Virus record (IMG/VR): IMGVR_UViG_3300023105_000041
Coordinates: 1 to 56,057 of that record
Source of the DNA: a virus
Lineage: Duplodnaviria > Caudoviricetes
Strand: one strand, 5' to 3'
Length of the DNA: 56,057 bases
Below are positions 37,501 to 47,512 of this stretch, piece by piece; the stretch's first letter is position 1; every line of letters begins with the position of its first letter. The notes under the pieces were generated by a model. That model made no database searches and was not told where the DNA came from. It saw only the letters and a list, made by a program, of their open reading frames with translations. The translations under genes were made by a program, and so were the position numbers.

Positions 37501-40500
37501 TCTTTCATTTCCACCATAAAGAAGGTCAGTTGCAACTGCATCTAAAATATATCCAACATCTCTCTTACAAGTTACAGAGTTGTAATCAAAATTATCCCAA
37601 GAAGATGAAATAAATGCAATTGTTTCTTCTTGAATAAATTCTTTATTGTTTCTAATTAATTCAACCGAACCAGAAATAAGAACAGATGCAGTTTGATAAG
37701 TATACCCTCTTACTATATTCTCTGCCATTCTACCAGCATACTTGATACCATCCAATGTTTGCTGTAATTGAGAACCAGTAGCTTCAGAAGGATATTCATA
37801 GTAGAACTTACCATTTACTACTGATGCAGAATTTGCATTATGTAGCATATCTTCTGCTGCACCTGAAATAATATATCCAATATCTCTTGCACATTTGTCT
37901 TGGTTATAGTCAAATGTTGACCAAGAAGAACTTAAATAAGCAATTGATTCACTTTGAATAAATCCTATATTATCTTTTAATAAGTTATATGCAGCTAATG
38001 TCTTTGGAGATTCGGATGGTGTATCATATTCAACAATAGTTGGCAACGAACCAGTCCCATTTTCTAAAATTGTAGTTACAACCGAAATTGAAGATGATAT
38101 TAATCTTTGTTGTAATCTATCACCAAAGCTTTCAGATGTAATTTGTGAAACATCAGTTACTTTTATTAAATTATCAACATCAGAGTTGTTATATGTAATA
38201 GTTGGTAATACACTCAATCCGTTTTGAACAACATTTTCAACAATACCAACACTACTATTTACTTTAGAAACCTCAACAGATGAACCACTAATAGAAGAAA
38301 CAAATTGTGTTTCATTCGTTACTTTAATATGATTGGATGTATTTGTTTCTAATGTTGGCAATGAACCAGTACCATTTTCAATGATATTAATAATTTGACC
38401 AAATGAAGAACTTACAATACCAAATTCAGTATCAGTTGTATAAGTACCACTAGCTGTTACATAAGAACCAGTAGTTAAGTTTTGAGGTACATCTAATGTA
38501 TCATCATACCACTTTGCTAATGCAAATGGAATGTCATCAGTTCCTAATCTGATAATATCATTAATAAATCCTACACTTCGAGTTACATATGCAGATTCAA
38601 TATCACTACCACTATTTGCAGATGTGAATTGTGTTGTATCGGTAATCTTAACTAATCCCTCAATATTTTCAGTTAACACAGGTAATGTACTTACTGAATC
38701 TCTTTGGGTTCTAACAAATGTATGAGCTGATTGAGGTAAATGTTTCAATGCTCCATTTGATGCAGACACAAATGTGTGTACTGATTGAGGTTCGTGTTTA
38801 ACTGCATTATTTGATGCAGATACAAATGTATGTAAAGAACCAGAAGCACTACCAGCATTACCTACATTAATTGTAAATGTACCATCTTGTCTTTCTAATC
38901 CATCAGAAGTTGCAGATACGAATGTATGTGCTCCCACATATGGAGATGAACCGATATTGATATCAAATGTGTTTGTAGTTACATTTGAAATCTCTAACCA
39001 TCTTCCACTTGGATAATCATAATTAGGTCTTGGGTAAGATTTGGTAGTTGTATTACCATCTAACACACAAGTATAAGTTAGAGAGTTATCATCTAATTTG
39101 ATGTAATCTCCATTTGAGAATCCGTGATTTGAAATTGTGATTGTAACATCACCAGTTGATGCATCATAAGGTGCATCGGTTACAGTATGTGATGTTGTAC
39201 CAACTGAAGTGATAACAATTGATTTTCCAGCATATGGGTCTGAACCTGGTCTTGGATAAGAATGAGTTGTTGCATCACCATCTTGGTCACAAGTAAATGC
39301 GAATGATTCATCTTCCAATACTACACTTCTACCAACTCCTAAACCAAATGATTCAGTAACAGTCAATGTCATATCTCCACTTAAAGCATTGTATGAAGCA
39401 GATACAGGTGTAAAGTATTTATTAGGACCTGATGCTCCTACATTAAATGTCATTGTAGTATCAGTTACAGCCGTTAGAGGAATTGAGCGAACTGCTTTAG
39501 GGTCGATACCTACTCTTGGATAAGATTTAACCGATTGGTTATCATCCATATCACAAGTAAATGCAAATGATTCAGCTTCCATAACGATACCCTCACCAAC
39601 ACTTAAACTATGACTTGCAACAGTTACTACAAAATCACCAGTTGCTGGGTCATAAGATGCGGTTGTTGGGTTGAACTCTACATTTGGACCCGATTTACCA
39701 ACATTTACAGTTATAGTATTATCAGTTTTAGATTTAATTGTCAATCTATTATCGTAAGCAGGTTGTCCAACTGAAGGTAAGTTATGCTCCGTTCTATTAC
39801 CATCCATTTCACAAGTGAAAGTGAATGATTCAGGTTGTAAGTAAATACTATCACCAACACTCAATCCATGTTTAGAAATTGTCATTACAAAATCACCATC
39901 TGCCGGATTGTAAGTTGCAGTTGTTGGTGTAAATGATTCAATTCCAGTTTTTATAATTCCAGTTACAATATCAACCGATTTACTAACTTCAGTTTGATAT
40001 GAACCACTTAATGCAATTGAAGATAAAGTAGGTTCAAATGAAGTTACTTTAATATTTCCATCAGTATTTGAAACTATTGATGGGGATTCTATTGAATTAT
40101 TTATAATAATATTTTTTAAGAAACTTTCAGCATATCTAATACCAGCAATAGTTTCACCTATCTGTACAGTTGTTGCTTCAGATGGATATAAATAATAGAA
40201 TTCTCCACTCTTAACACTTCGTTGGTTACCACCCCATAATAAATCAGTGGCAATACCATCTAATATATGACCAACATCCCTTCTACATTTTTCTCTATTG
40301 TATGTAAAGAAAGGATATCTAAAATCAATATATTCAGTTGTTTCATTTTGAATAAGAGTTCTATTATTTCTAATTAAATTCCATATCTCTAATTTGTCAG
40401 ATGAAGGTTGTTGTAGTACCACATTTTGAATAAGTTTTTGAACTACATTTGCAGCATGTACAATACCATCAATAGTTTCAATTTTTTGTCCATCGGTTGC

Positions 40501-43500
40501 ATCAGATGGATATCTCCAATAGTATTCACCGGCAATTACACTTCGTTCATTACCACCATATCTCAAGTCAGTTGCAACAGCATCTAAAATGTGTCCAACA
40601 TCTCTATGACATTTGTCTTGATTGTATTCAAATCCAACCCAAGAAGATGAAATGTAAGAAATTACTTCATCTTGTACTAACTCTCTGTTTCTTTCAATAA
40701 TTTGATAAACACCTTCTATTTCAGATGATGCAGTAACTAATAAAGTATTGGTCATCATTTTGTCAGATAATCTCTGAGCATAAACAATACCATCCACAGT
40801 TTGATTTAATTGTGAGCCAGTTGCTTGTGAAGGATAACGATAATAAAAATCACCAGCAATTATACTTCTTTGGTTACCACCATAAATTAAATCGGTTGTA
40901 GCTGCATCCAAGATGTATCCAGTATCTCTTCTACATTTAACATCATCATAGTCAAACGAATTCCAAGAAGATGAAATATATTGAATAACTTCATCCTGAA
41001 TTAAATCTCTATTTTCATGTACCAAGTTGTATGCATTAACTCTATCCGAAGATGGGTCAATAAATACTGCTCCACTTACTACCTTTTGTGCAACTTCACC
41101 TGCATATTCAATACCATCTAATGTCGGGAATAGTTGTGAACCTGTAGCTTCAGATGGGTATTTATAATAGAATACACCTGCGTTGATACTTCTTTCATTA
41201 CCACCATATACAATATCAGTCATTGCGGCATCTAAAATGTATCCAATATCTCTCTTACAAGTAGTTTCATTATAATCAAATGCAGACCAACTTGAAGATA
41301 AGAATGTTATAGCTTCATCTTTTATGAAGTTTATGTTATCTCTAATAATAGTTTCGGTATCCAATCTATCCTGCGATGGAGAACCGTATGTTATGTTAGA
41401 TGCAATATTTTGTGCTAATCTACTAGCATATCTAATTCCATCCAATGTTTGGTTTAATTGAGATGCTGTAGCCTCTGATGGGAATTCGTAATAGAATTTA
41501 CCATTAACAATTGAAGCAGAGTAAACATTGTGAATTAAATCCTCTGCAGCTCCACTTACAATATACCCAATATCTCTACTACAACTAGCCTCATTATATT
41601 CAAATGTTGACCAAGAAGATGATAAGTAAGAAATTGTTTCTTCTTGAATAAAGTCAATATTTTCTTTAATTAAGTTATATGCAGCCACACTTTGAGGTGT
41701 AGTAATTCTACTACCATATAAAGATGCAGTTTGGTATGAACCAGTTCCAAATTCAACCATTCTTGCAACAATCTCAAATGATTCAGAGATAAATGAAATA
41801 TCATCAATACTTGCAGAGATTGATGAGGTTGTAAATTGTGAAACAGTTCCTACGGCAATATATTCATTCGTATTATCAACTTGAGTTGGTAAAGAACCTG
41901 TACCATTTTCTATAATATCTAATACAATTGCAAATGATGAAGATATTTTAGAAATAGTATTTGATGAACCACTCAATGAAGAAGTTACTTGTGTAGTACC
42001 ACTTCGTTTAATTAAACCATCAATAGTTTTAATAGTTGATGGTGCAACTGAACTTCCACTTTGTAAAATATTAATTACAGCACTGATAGAACCACTTATA
42101 TTATTTCTATCAGAAATTGTAGCATCTAAAGATGATGTGTATTGTTCATTATCAACAATTTTTATATTCCCAGCAGTATTTAATACTTTTTCAAATTCAC
42201 CTTTAGTTGGAACATATACATATTCTTGCTCAGATGATAGAGGTAGACTATCTACAATATTAATAACACCACTTGCAGAAACATTTGTTGGATTTACATA
42301 GTATAAAGTATCTGGTGTATCTGCCAATGGAGTAAATGTAATTGTACCAAAAGATATACCATTATTTATTAACCCAACACTTTCATATACATCTTCTCGT
42401 GTTCCTGCTGTTCTTTTTGTCTTAATAAGGAATGGTGCATAAATTGTTGAATCTTCTTCACCTAAATCATTGATTGAGAAATTATACATTTCATTTCTAA
42501 CCAATGTAAGTGTTGGGTCTTTTTTAGAACCCAAGAATGAACCAGTATCTTCTGCTCCATCAAATTTATCCCAACTTTCTCTACCATCAAAATATTTTAA
42601 TTGATTATCAGTAATGTAGAATGCAGTAGAATCGTTTGGTAAAGTTACAACTTCAAAATAAGATGATGAATCTGCTGAACCTGAAAGTTGTTTACTACCA
42701 CTAATACCATAATCAATGATATCAATCACAGTTCTAAATGATTCAGAGATTGCAGTTGAAGTAGAAGATGATGCAGAAATGGATGATGTATATTGTGAGT
42801 TATTATTAAACTTAATACCACCTGCCATGTTAGAAATTTCAACAATATCATTTGGTAAACTAACACCAGTTGTAGTTGTAATTAAATTATCACCATAAGA
42901 ATTTTTAGGAATACCAACTTGTGAAATTGGCAATCCATTCGAAGCAAATCCAATTGTTGTGTCGGTTTGTACTGAACTTCCACTTTCAATAATCTTAACA
43001 ACGGTGTCAAACGAATCTTCAACTTGCTTACCACCTCTGATAATCAATTCGGTTAAATCTCTACCATAGTTAATACCACTAATAGTTTCATCCAATTGAT
43101 ATCCTGTTGCTTGTGATGGGAATTTGTAATAGAATGTACCTGCTTGAATACTTCTTTCATTACCACCATATACTAAATCAGTCACAATTGCATCTGTGAT
43201 AAATCCGATATCTCTAAAACATTTTGCCTTATTGTAAGTCAATGTTGGATAAATGTAATTTACATAATCCAATACATTTTGTTGAATAAATGTTCTATTT
43301 TCTCTTATCAGATTTGCAGCCGTTGTTATATCAGAACTTGCTGTTACAAATTCTTCACCCACCACAATCTGACTTGATATACCGCCCAAGTATTCGATTG
43401 CATCAACAGTTGGGTCTTTTTGTTGTGTTGTAGATGGTACACCACCTACAATTGCTGAAGATGGGTATCTGTAATAATATTCTGCTGCAACTCTACTTCG

Positions 43501-46500
43501 TTCATTACCACCGTATACTAAATCAGTTATCGTTGCATCTAAAATATAACCAACATCTCTTTTACAAGTTGTTTGATTATACGAAAACTCACTCCATGAT
43601 GAAGATACAAATTCCACAACTTCATCTTTAATAAATTGTTTGTTTTCTTCTAATAATTCTTTCGCATCTAGCACCGCCTGACTTGGTGATACAAATGTTT
43701 TGTTAGATGCAATGTTTTTTGTTAATCTTGCCGCATATCTAATTCCATCTAATGTTTGGTTTAATTGTGCACCACTTGGAGTATCTCCATCATTTGGAAT
43801 GTTTGCATTGGATGGGAACTCTAAATAGAATTTACCATTTACAATAGATGATGAATAGTTATTATGTAATAAATCTTCTGCAGCACCACTTACAATATAT
43901 CCAACATCTCTTTTACATTTTACCTCATCATAATCAAATGTAGACCAAGAAGAACTTAAATAAGCAATTGTTTCCTCTTGGATGAATGTAATATTATTTT
44001 TTATAAGATTGTACGCTGCAATCGTAGTATCAGTTGTTACCTCACTACCATATAGAGATGCAGTTTGATAAGAACCACTCCCGAATTGTAATATTCTTGT
44101 TACGATTTCAAATGATTCTGAAATAAATGATATATCATCTATACTTGCAGAGATTGATGAGGTTGTAAATTGAGTTTCAGATGTTACTTTAATTAAACCT
44201 TGAGTATTATCAACTAAAGTAGGTAATGAACCAGTACCATTTTCAACTGCATGTTTTACGATAGAAATAGAAGAACTTACTAAATCTCCTTGATTTGTGG
44301 TTGCAACAGAACTGCCGTTTATAAATTGATTAGTATCGGTTACCTTTATACTACCAGTCCAGTTAGTAACTTCCGATGGAGTTGAACCAAGTCCATTGGT
44401 AATTATATCCGTTATTATTTTATAACTACTTGTAATATTGTTTACCACATCAGTATCAGCTGAAGAAGTAACTATTGTTCCACTTGTAGTTAATTTAGGT
44501 TCATTTATAGTGTAATTAAAGTTAGGTGTATTTCCTGCAATTGCTGCTAATAAAGAATCTTCACCCTGTTTAATTATATCCTCAACCAATCCAAATGAAG
44601 AACTAACTTTTATTCTTTCAGATTCACTACCAGATACCAAAGATGATGTAACTGGTAGAATATTACCTGCTCTAATTCTTGAGTATGTATTATCAATTAC
44701 CTCTGGTATTTCAACTACTTGATTTTGTATTACCTTTTCAACAAAAGTTTTAGCATAATGAATACCATCAAGAGTTTCATTTAATTGTTCACCATTTACT
44801 TTAGATGGAACTTGTCCATAATATAATCCTGCCCTAACACTCTTTTCATTACCGCCATATAAATAATCAGTGGCGACTGCATCAACAATATATCCTGTAT
44901 CTCGTTTACACTTATCTCTTAAATAAACTAAATTAGGGAATTGTGTATCAATAAAGTTTACCGTTTCCTCTTGTATTAAGTCTCTATTATTTACAATTAA
45001 ATCATATACTGATTGTGTTACTGCAGATGCAGTTACAAATGTTTCGTTTAATATAAGTTTTTTAGATAAATTTTTTGCCCACCTGATTCCATCCAATGTT
45101 GGAAGTAATTGGGTAGTAGTTGCCTCTGATGGATATAAGTAATAAAATTCTCCTGCTATTCTACTTCTTTCATTACCACCATATCTCAAGTCAGTTGTTA
45201 CTGCATCAATGATATGACCAACATCTCTTTTACATTTATCTTCATTATAATCAAATCCTCTCCAAGAAGATGATACATATGCAACAACTTCTTCCTGTAT
45301 AAACTCTTTATTATTTACTAATAAATCGTAAGAATTTTGAACATTTACTGAAGGTTCTACATATGTTACATCACCGATAACTCTTTCTGCCAATCCACCG
45401 GCATACTTAATAGCATCTAATGTTTGTTGTTTTTGTGATGATGTTGCTTCCGATGGATATAGGTAATAGAAATTACCATTTCTTACAGATTCTTCGTTAC
45501 CACCATATAATAAATCATGTGCAGCCCCACTAACAATATATCCTAAATCTCTTTTACAAGTTACTTCATTATAATCAAATGTACTCCAAGAAGATGATAG
45601 ATATGCAATCGTTTCTTCTTGAATAAATGATAAGTTTCCTAATAATGCATTATATCCATTTTGATAATCAATTGATGGATTTTCAAACGAAGAACTTTGA
45701 ACAATATTAGGTGCATAATCAGTACCTTTTTCTAATATTCGGTAAACGGTTGCAAATGAAGAACTAATTTTATTTCTAACTTCAGCACTCGATGAAATAT
45801 CAGTAATAAATTGAGGTGTTTCAGTTACTTTTATATTAGAATCATTAGAACCCGATAATGATGCAATTGGATTGTCTGCATCATTTATACCATATTCAAC
45901 TATCTTTAAAATAGTATCAAAGTTTCTACTAACATTATCAACTTCAGAAGATGTTCCTGCATCAGAATCTTTGTATTGAGAAATATTTTGTGTTTTTATT
46001 AATGCATCGATATTATCAACCAATGTATAACTAGCAGTTGCCCTTGCTCCAAGTTCTAAAGTTTCTTTTACTTTTTGGAATCTATCAGATATAATTGATA
46101 CATCATCAGTTCCAGCAAATGTAGAACCAGTTGTTTGTATTCCATAAGATATATTCCAAACCGAACCACTACTGTATCCTCTCGTTGATGATTTTGCTAA
46201 TAAAGATGGAATGTTAGAAACACCACTATCTACTATATTAGATACTAATCTATATTCTGATTTTGCCTGTTCAGCAACTTCATCCGAAGAACTACCATTT
46301 ATAAAGTATTGTAGTTCATCGGTTACTTTAATACCATCGTTTGTATTAGGGACAAATTCAGGAATTGCGGATAGTCCATCTTCAATAGTATCAATAATAA
46401 TTGTATAGTTATCTCTTACTCTATTGAATGCCTGAATGTTACCACCACTACCAGTAATAAAACGAGAGCCCGATGAGTACATACCATAATCACCAAACGA

Positions 46501-47511
46501 GGTGTTCGAGTTAAGTAGTACTGCTTGTCCACCATCTAATACTTTTACTGCGTATGCGGAGAAGTTGGTGAAGAAAGATACCAACTGAATGAATCCTCTA
46601 CCAACAACTTGACAACCTACACCATTTGGTGCAACCTGTGTATATGCATCGAGTACCATTGAAGCAAGTGGTGAATCGGGATGGATAATATTACCATCTA
46701 CATTCAACCCACCACCACCTGGAGGAATATCTTCATATGCCTCCAAGAATGAATTTTCTTGGTTCGAAATCATCGAACAGTTTTGAACATATGGAGAGGT
46801 TGTAATAAATGCATTTGGAGCAAATGCTACAGCAAATCCACTTCTTGAGTTGTCAACTGATGGGAATACTCTTAATCCACCAAAGGTCATCTCTGCCAAA
46901 TAGTTACCACTATTTACCCAAAATAAATCTTCGTTTTCGTTTTTAGCAAGAACCTTACAAACCCTTAAACCAGCACCCCAAACCGTTGTGTTCTTCGGTA
47001 ACTCAATTGGATTATCTTCCAAATATGTACCAGCACCAACTTCAATTCTAAAACCAGTAAATAGAGAGCCAGTTGGTAATCCAAACCTACCATCATCACC
47101 AGACGCAGCAATTTCGGCAGCCTTTTTAATTGTTCTTAAAGGAAATTGTTGAGTTCTACCATCATTATTATCATCACCAGATGTTGAAGATACATAAAGG
47201 GTAGCATCCATCGCTCCAAAATCCTCTGGTTTGATTCCACCAAATCTTTGAGTATCTAATGCATCTAATGAAACAGATGCTGTTAAATTTAATGCCTGGT
47301 CTCCAGTTACATTTAACGGCCCATCAATTGTAAGAGAACCTGTTATAAATACCGAACCAGTAATATCCGAAACTACATCTGGGTCTGAACCCATAGAGAA
47401 ACTTTGAGATACTAAAAGAGAACCAGAGATAGTTACATTTTGTGCAAATGAGGTATCTCTGATAAAATCCTGTATCTCTTCGACTTGCGTTCTGGATATT
47501 AGTCTTGCCAT
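34549..47511 (-). CDS. Giant virion structural protein (4320 aa): split pectin-lyase-like beta-helix carrying 20 CxRD helical repeats
   Basis: N-terminal LYVSSTSGDDNNDG...PLRTIKKAA...GTYLEDNP, TSPYVQNCS; C-terminal GHDFSYAGSG...GGRVFFTSGNELGDFRIG; 20 C.RD.G[YHF] repeats between. Confidence 0.85.
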   Translation of the reverse strand: MARLISRTQVEEIQDFIRDTSFAQNVTISGSLLVSQSFSMGSDPDVVSDITGSVFITGSLTIDGPLNVTGDQALNLTASVSLDALDTQRFGGIKPEDFGAMDATLYVSSTSGDDNNDGRTQQFPLRTIKKAAEIAASGDDGRFGLPTGSLFTGFRIEVGAGTYLEDNPIELPKNTTVWGAGLRVCKVLAKNENEDLFWVNSGNYLAEMTFGGLRVFPSVDNSRSGFAVAFAPNAFITTSPYVQNCSMISNQENSFLEAYEDIPPGGGGLNVDGNIIHPDSPLASMVLDAYTQVAPNGVGCQVVGRGFIQLVSFFTNFSAYAVKVLDGGQAVLLNSNTSFGDYGMYSSGSRFITGSGGNIQAFNRVRDNYTIIIDTIEDGLSAIPEFVPNTNDGIKVTDELQYFINGSSSDEVAEQAKSEYRLVSNIVDSGVSNIPSLLAKSSTRGYSSGSVWNISYGIQTTGSTFAGTDDVSIISDRFQKVKETLELGARATASYTLVDNIDALIKTQNISQYKDSDAGTSSEVDNVSRNFDTILKIVEYGINDADNPIASLSGSNDSNIKVTETPQFITDISSSAEVRNKISSSFATVYRILEKGTDYAPNIVQSSSFENPSIDYQNGYNALLGNLSFIQEETIAYLSSSWSTFDYNEVTCKRDLGYIVSGAAHDLLYGGNEESVRNGNFYYLYPSEATSSQKQQTLDAIKYAGGLAERVIGDVTYVEPSVNVQNSYDLLVNNKEFIQEEVVAYVSSSWRGFDYNEDKCKRDVGHIIDAVTTDLRYGGNERSRIAGEFYYLYPSEATTTQLLPTLDGIRWAKNLSKKLILNETFVTASAVTQSVYDLIVNNRDLIQEETVNFIDTQFPNLVYLRDKCKRDTGYIVDAVATDYLYGGNEKSVRAGLYYGQVPSKVNGEQLNETLDGIHYAKTFVEKVIQNQVVEIPEVIDNTYSRIRAGNILPVTSSLVSGSESERIKVSSSFGLVEDIIKQGEDSLLAAIAGNTPNFNYTINEPKLTTSGTIVTSSADTDVVNNITSSYKIITDIITNGLGSTPSEVTNWTGSIKVTDTNQFINGSSVATTNQGDLVSSSISIVKHAVENGTGSLPTLVDNTQGLIKVTSETQFTTSSISASIDDISFISESFEIVTRILQFGSGSYQTASLYGSEVTTDTTIAAYNLIKNNITFIQEETIAYLSSSWSTFDYDEVKCKRDVGYIVSGAAEDLLHNNYSSSIVNGKFYLEFPSNANIPNDGDTPSGAQLNQTLDGIRYAARLTKNIASNKTFVSPSQAVLDAKELLEENKQFIKDEVVEFVSSSWSEFSYNQTTCKRDVGYILDATITDLVYGGNERSRVAAEYYYRYPSSAIVGGVPSTTQQKDPTVDAIEYLGGISSQIVVGEEFVTASSDITTAANLIRENRTFIQQNVLDYVNYIYPTLTYNKAKCFRDIGFITDAIVTDLVYGGNERSIQAGTFYYKFPSQATGYQLDETISGINYGRDLTELIIRGGKQVEDSFDTVVKIIESGSSVQTDTTIGFASNGLPISQVGIPKNSYGDNLITTTTGVSLPNDIVEISNMAGGIKFNNNSQYTSSISASSSTSTAISESFRTVIDIIDYGISGSKQLSGSADSSSYFEVVTLPNDSTAFYITDNQLKYFDGRESWDKFDGAEDTGSFLGSKKDPTLTLVRNEMYNFSINDLGEEDSTIYAPFLIKTKRTAGTREDVYESVGLINNGISFGTITFTPLADTPDTLYYVNPTNVSASGVINIVDSLPLSSEQEYVYVPTKGEFEKVLNTAGNIKIVDNEQYTSSLDATISDRNNISGSISAVINILQSGSSVAPSTIKTIDGLIKRSGTTQVTSSLSGSSNTISKISSSFAIVLDIIENGTGSLPTQVDNTNEYIAVGTVSQFTTSSISASIDDISFISESFEIVARMVEFGTGSYQTASLYGSRITTPQSVAAYNLIKENIDFIQEETISYLSSSWSTFEYNEASCSRDIGYIVSGAAEDLIHNVYSASIVNGKFYYEFPSEATASQLNQTLDGIRYASRLAQNIASNITYGSPSQDRLDTETIIRDNINFIKDEAITFLSSSWSAFDYNETTCKRDIGYILDAAMTDIVYGGNERSINAGVFYYKYPSEATGSQLFPTLDGIEYAGEVAQKVVSGAVFIDPSSDRVNAYNLVHENRDLIQDEVIQYISSSWNSFDYDDVKCRRDTGYILDAATTDLIYGGNQRSIIAGDFYYRYPSQATGSQLNQTVDGIVYAQRLSDKMMTNTLLVTASSEIEGVYQIIERNRELVQDEVISYISSSWVGFEYNQDKCHRDVGHILDAVATDLRYGGNERSVIAGEYYWRYPSDATDGQKIETIDGIVHAANVVQKLIQNVVLQQPSSDKLEIWNLIRNNRTLIQNETTEYIDFRYPFFTYNREKCRRDVGHILDGIATDLLWGGNQRSVKSGEFYYLYPSEATTVQIGETIAGIRYAESFLKNIIINNSIESPSIVSNTDGNIKVTSFEPTLSSIALSGSYQTEVSKSVDIVTGIIKTGIESFTPTTATYNPADGDFVMTISKHGLSVGDSIYLQPESFTFTCEMDGNRTEHNLPSVGQPAYDNRLTIKSKTDNTITVNVGKSGPNVEFNPTTASYDPATGDFVVTVASHSLSVGEGIVMEAESFAFTCDMDDNQSVKSYPRVGIDPKAVRSIPLTAVTDTTMTFNVGASGPNKYFTPVSASYNALSGDMTLTVTESFGLGVGRSVVLEDESFAFTCDQDGDATTHSYPRPGSDPYAGKSIVITSVGTTSHTVTDAPYDASTGDVTITISNHGFSNGDYIKLDDNSLTYTCVLDGNTTTKSYPRPNYDYPSGRWLEISNVTTNTFDINIGSSPYVGAHTFVSATSDGLERQDGTFTINVGNAGSASGSLHTFVSASNNAVKHEPQSVHTFVSASNGALKHLPQSAHTFVRTQRDSVSTLPVLTENIEGLVKITDTTQFTSANSGSDIESAYVTRSVGFINDIIRLGTDDIPFALAKWYDDTLDVPQNLTTGSYVTASGTYTTDTEFGIVSSSFGQIINIIENGTGSLPTLETNTSNHIKVTNETQFVSSISGSSVEVSKVNSSVGIVENVVQNGLSVLPTITYNNSDVDNLIKVTDVSQITSESFGDRLQQRLISSSISVVTTILENGTGSLPTIVEYDTPSESPKTLAAYNLLKDNIGFIQSESIAYLSSSWSTFDYNQDKCARDIGYIISGAAEDMLHNANSASVVNGKFYYEYPSEATGSQLQQTLDGIKYAGRMAENIVRGYTYQTASVLISGSVELIRNNKEFIQEETIAFISSSWDNFDYNSVTCKRDVGYILDAVATDLLYGGNERSVVAGRFYYDYPSAAIVGGVPSATRQKDPTVTAIDFVQGIATEIVSGAIFVTSSNEVKYVYNSIRENREFIQNETIAFVNAKYPNFEYNEASCSRDTGFIVDAVATDLRWGGNQRALTAGEFYYRFPSEATNNQLDETTDALIYAKDLIEKIIDKETLFVPTGSLNTDNAIKVTNLSPATGGSVTDISILNTISSSFAIVSDAIANGTGSTPTASLYGPALTDSDIVTAHALITASVPFIQTEVVEYISSSWVGFDYDDVKCARDVGYIVNGVASDLLYGVVSASVVNAKYYYEFPSEATSSQSQQTIDGINYAYQLTEQIVKGVTFTNPSTQLSASVELIRNNREFIQSESISYLSSSWEGFEYVEATCRRDVGHIVDAVATDLLYGGNQRSKIAGEFYYKYPSSATSTQLEPTTTGIKYAGDVASKLVQNEIFVTASAERLAGNKVILDNKEFIQNEVIAYISSSWSTFDYNEDKCKRDTGYILNGVATDFLYGGNERSRVNGEYYYLYPSNATVNFQNNTNGQLNQTIDGINYASSLAQKVMENTIFVTASAEVSGAVELLRNNRSFIQNETIEFISSSWSNVTYNEDKCRRDTGYIVDAAVTDLLYGGNERSVTAGLYYWRYPSRATQGGTPSEANQLDPTVDGIRFANGTSQNIVQNLEYSQPSVDILNGIDLLRGNTTFIQKETIAYLSSSWSEFEYNEVSCSRDLGYIIDAVATDLKYGGNERAVQAGTFYYYIPSIATTEQKPQTTDGIDFSKGLAEKVITQKQLVFPFLLNKNGANALRNAKKTLQGKAISYTNAAFPNFEYNEEKCYRDTGFIVDAIATDIIYGGNERSIRAAQSYYNGVYGSAAVVINEQKKETAETNRYLRTQFQFIARQAPVEEFGSLIITTGHDFSYAGSGVTYKALPPNQGGDGIPDPSKEVVEVAGGRVFFTSGNELGDFRIGAGLIIKQASGTLEGRTFSRSLFSLVTPFSLALQD

Positions 47512-47512
47512 C

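Noticed and set aside
34549-47511. Inteins or introns explaining the giant ORF sizes
   Set aside because: No intein splice motifs (C...HN-C/S/T with LAGLIDADG blocks) recognised; length is accounted for by tandem repeats
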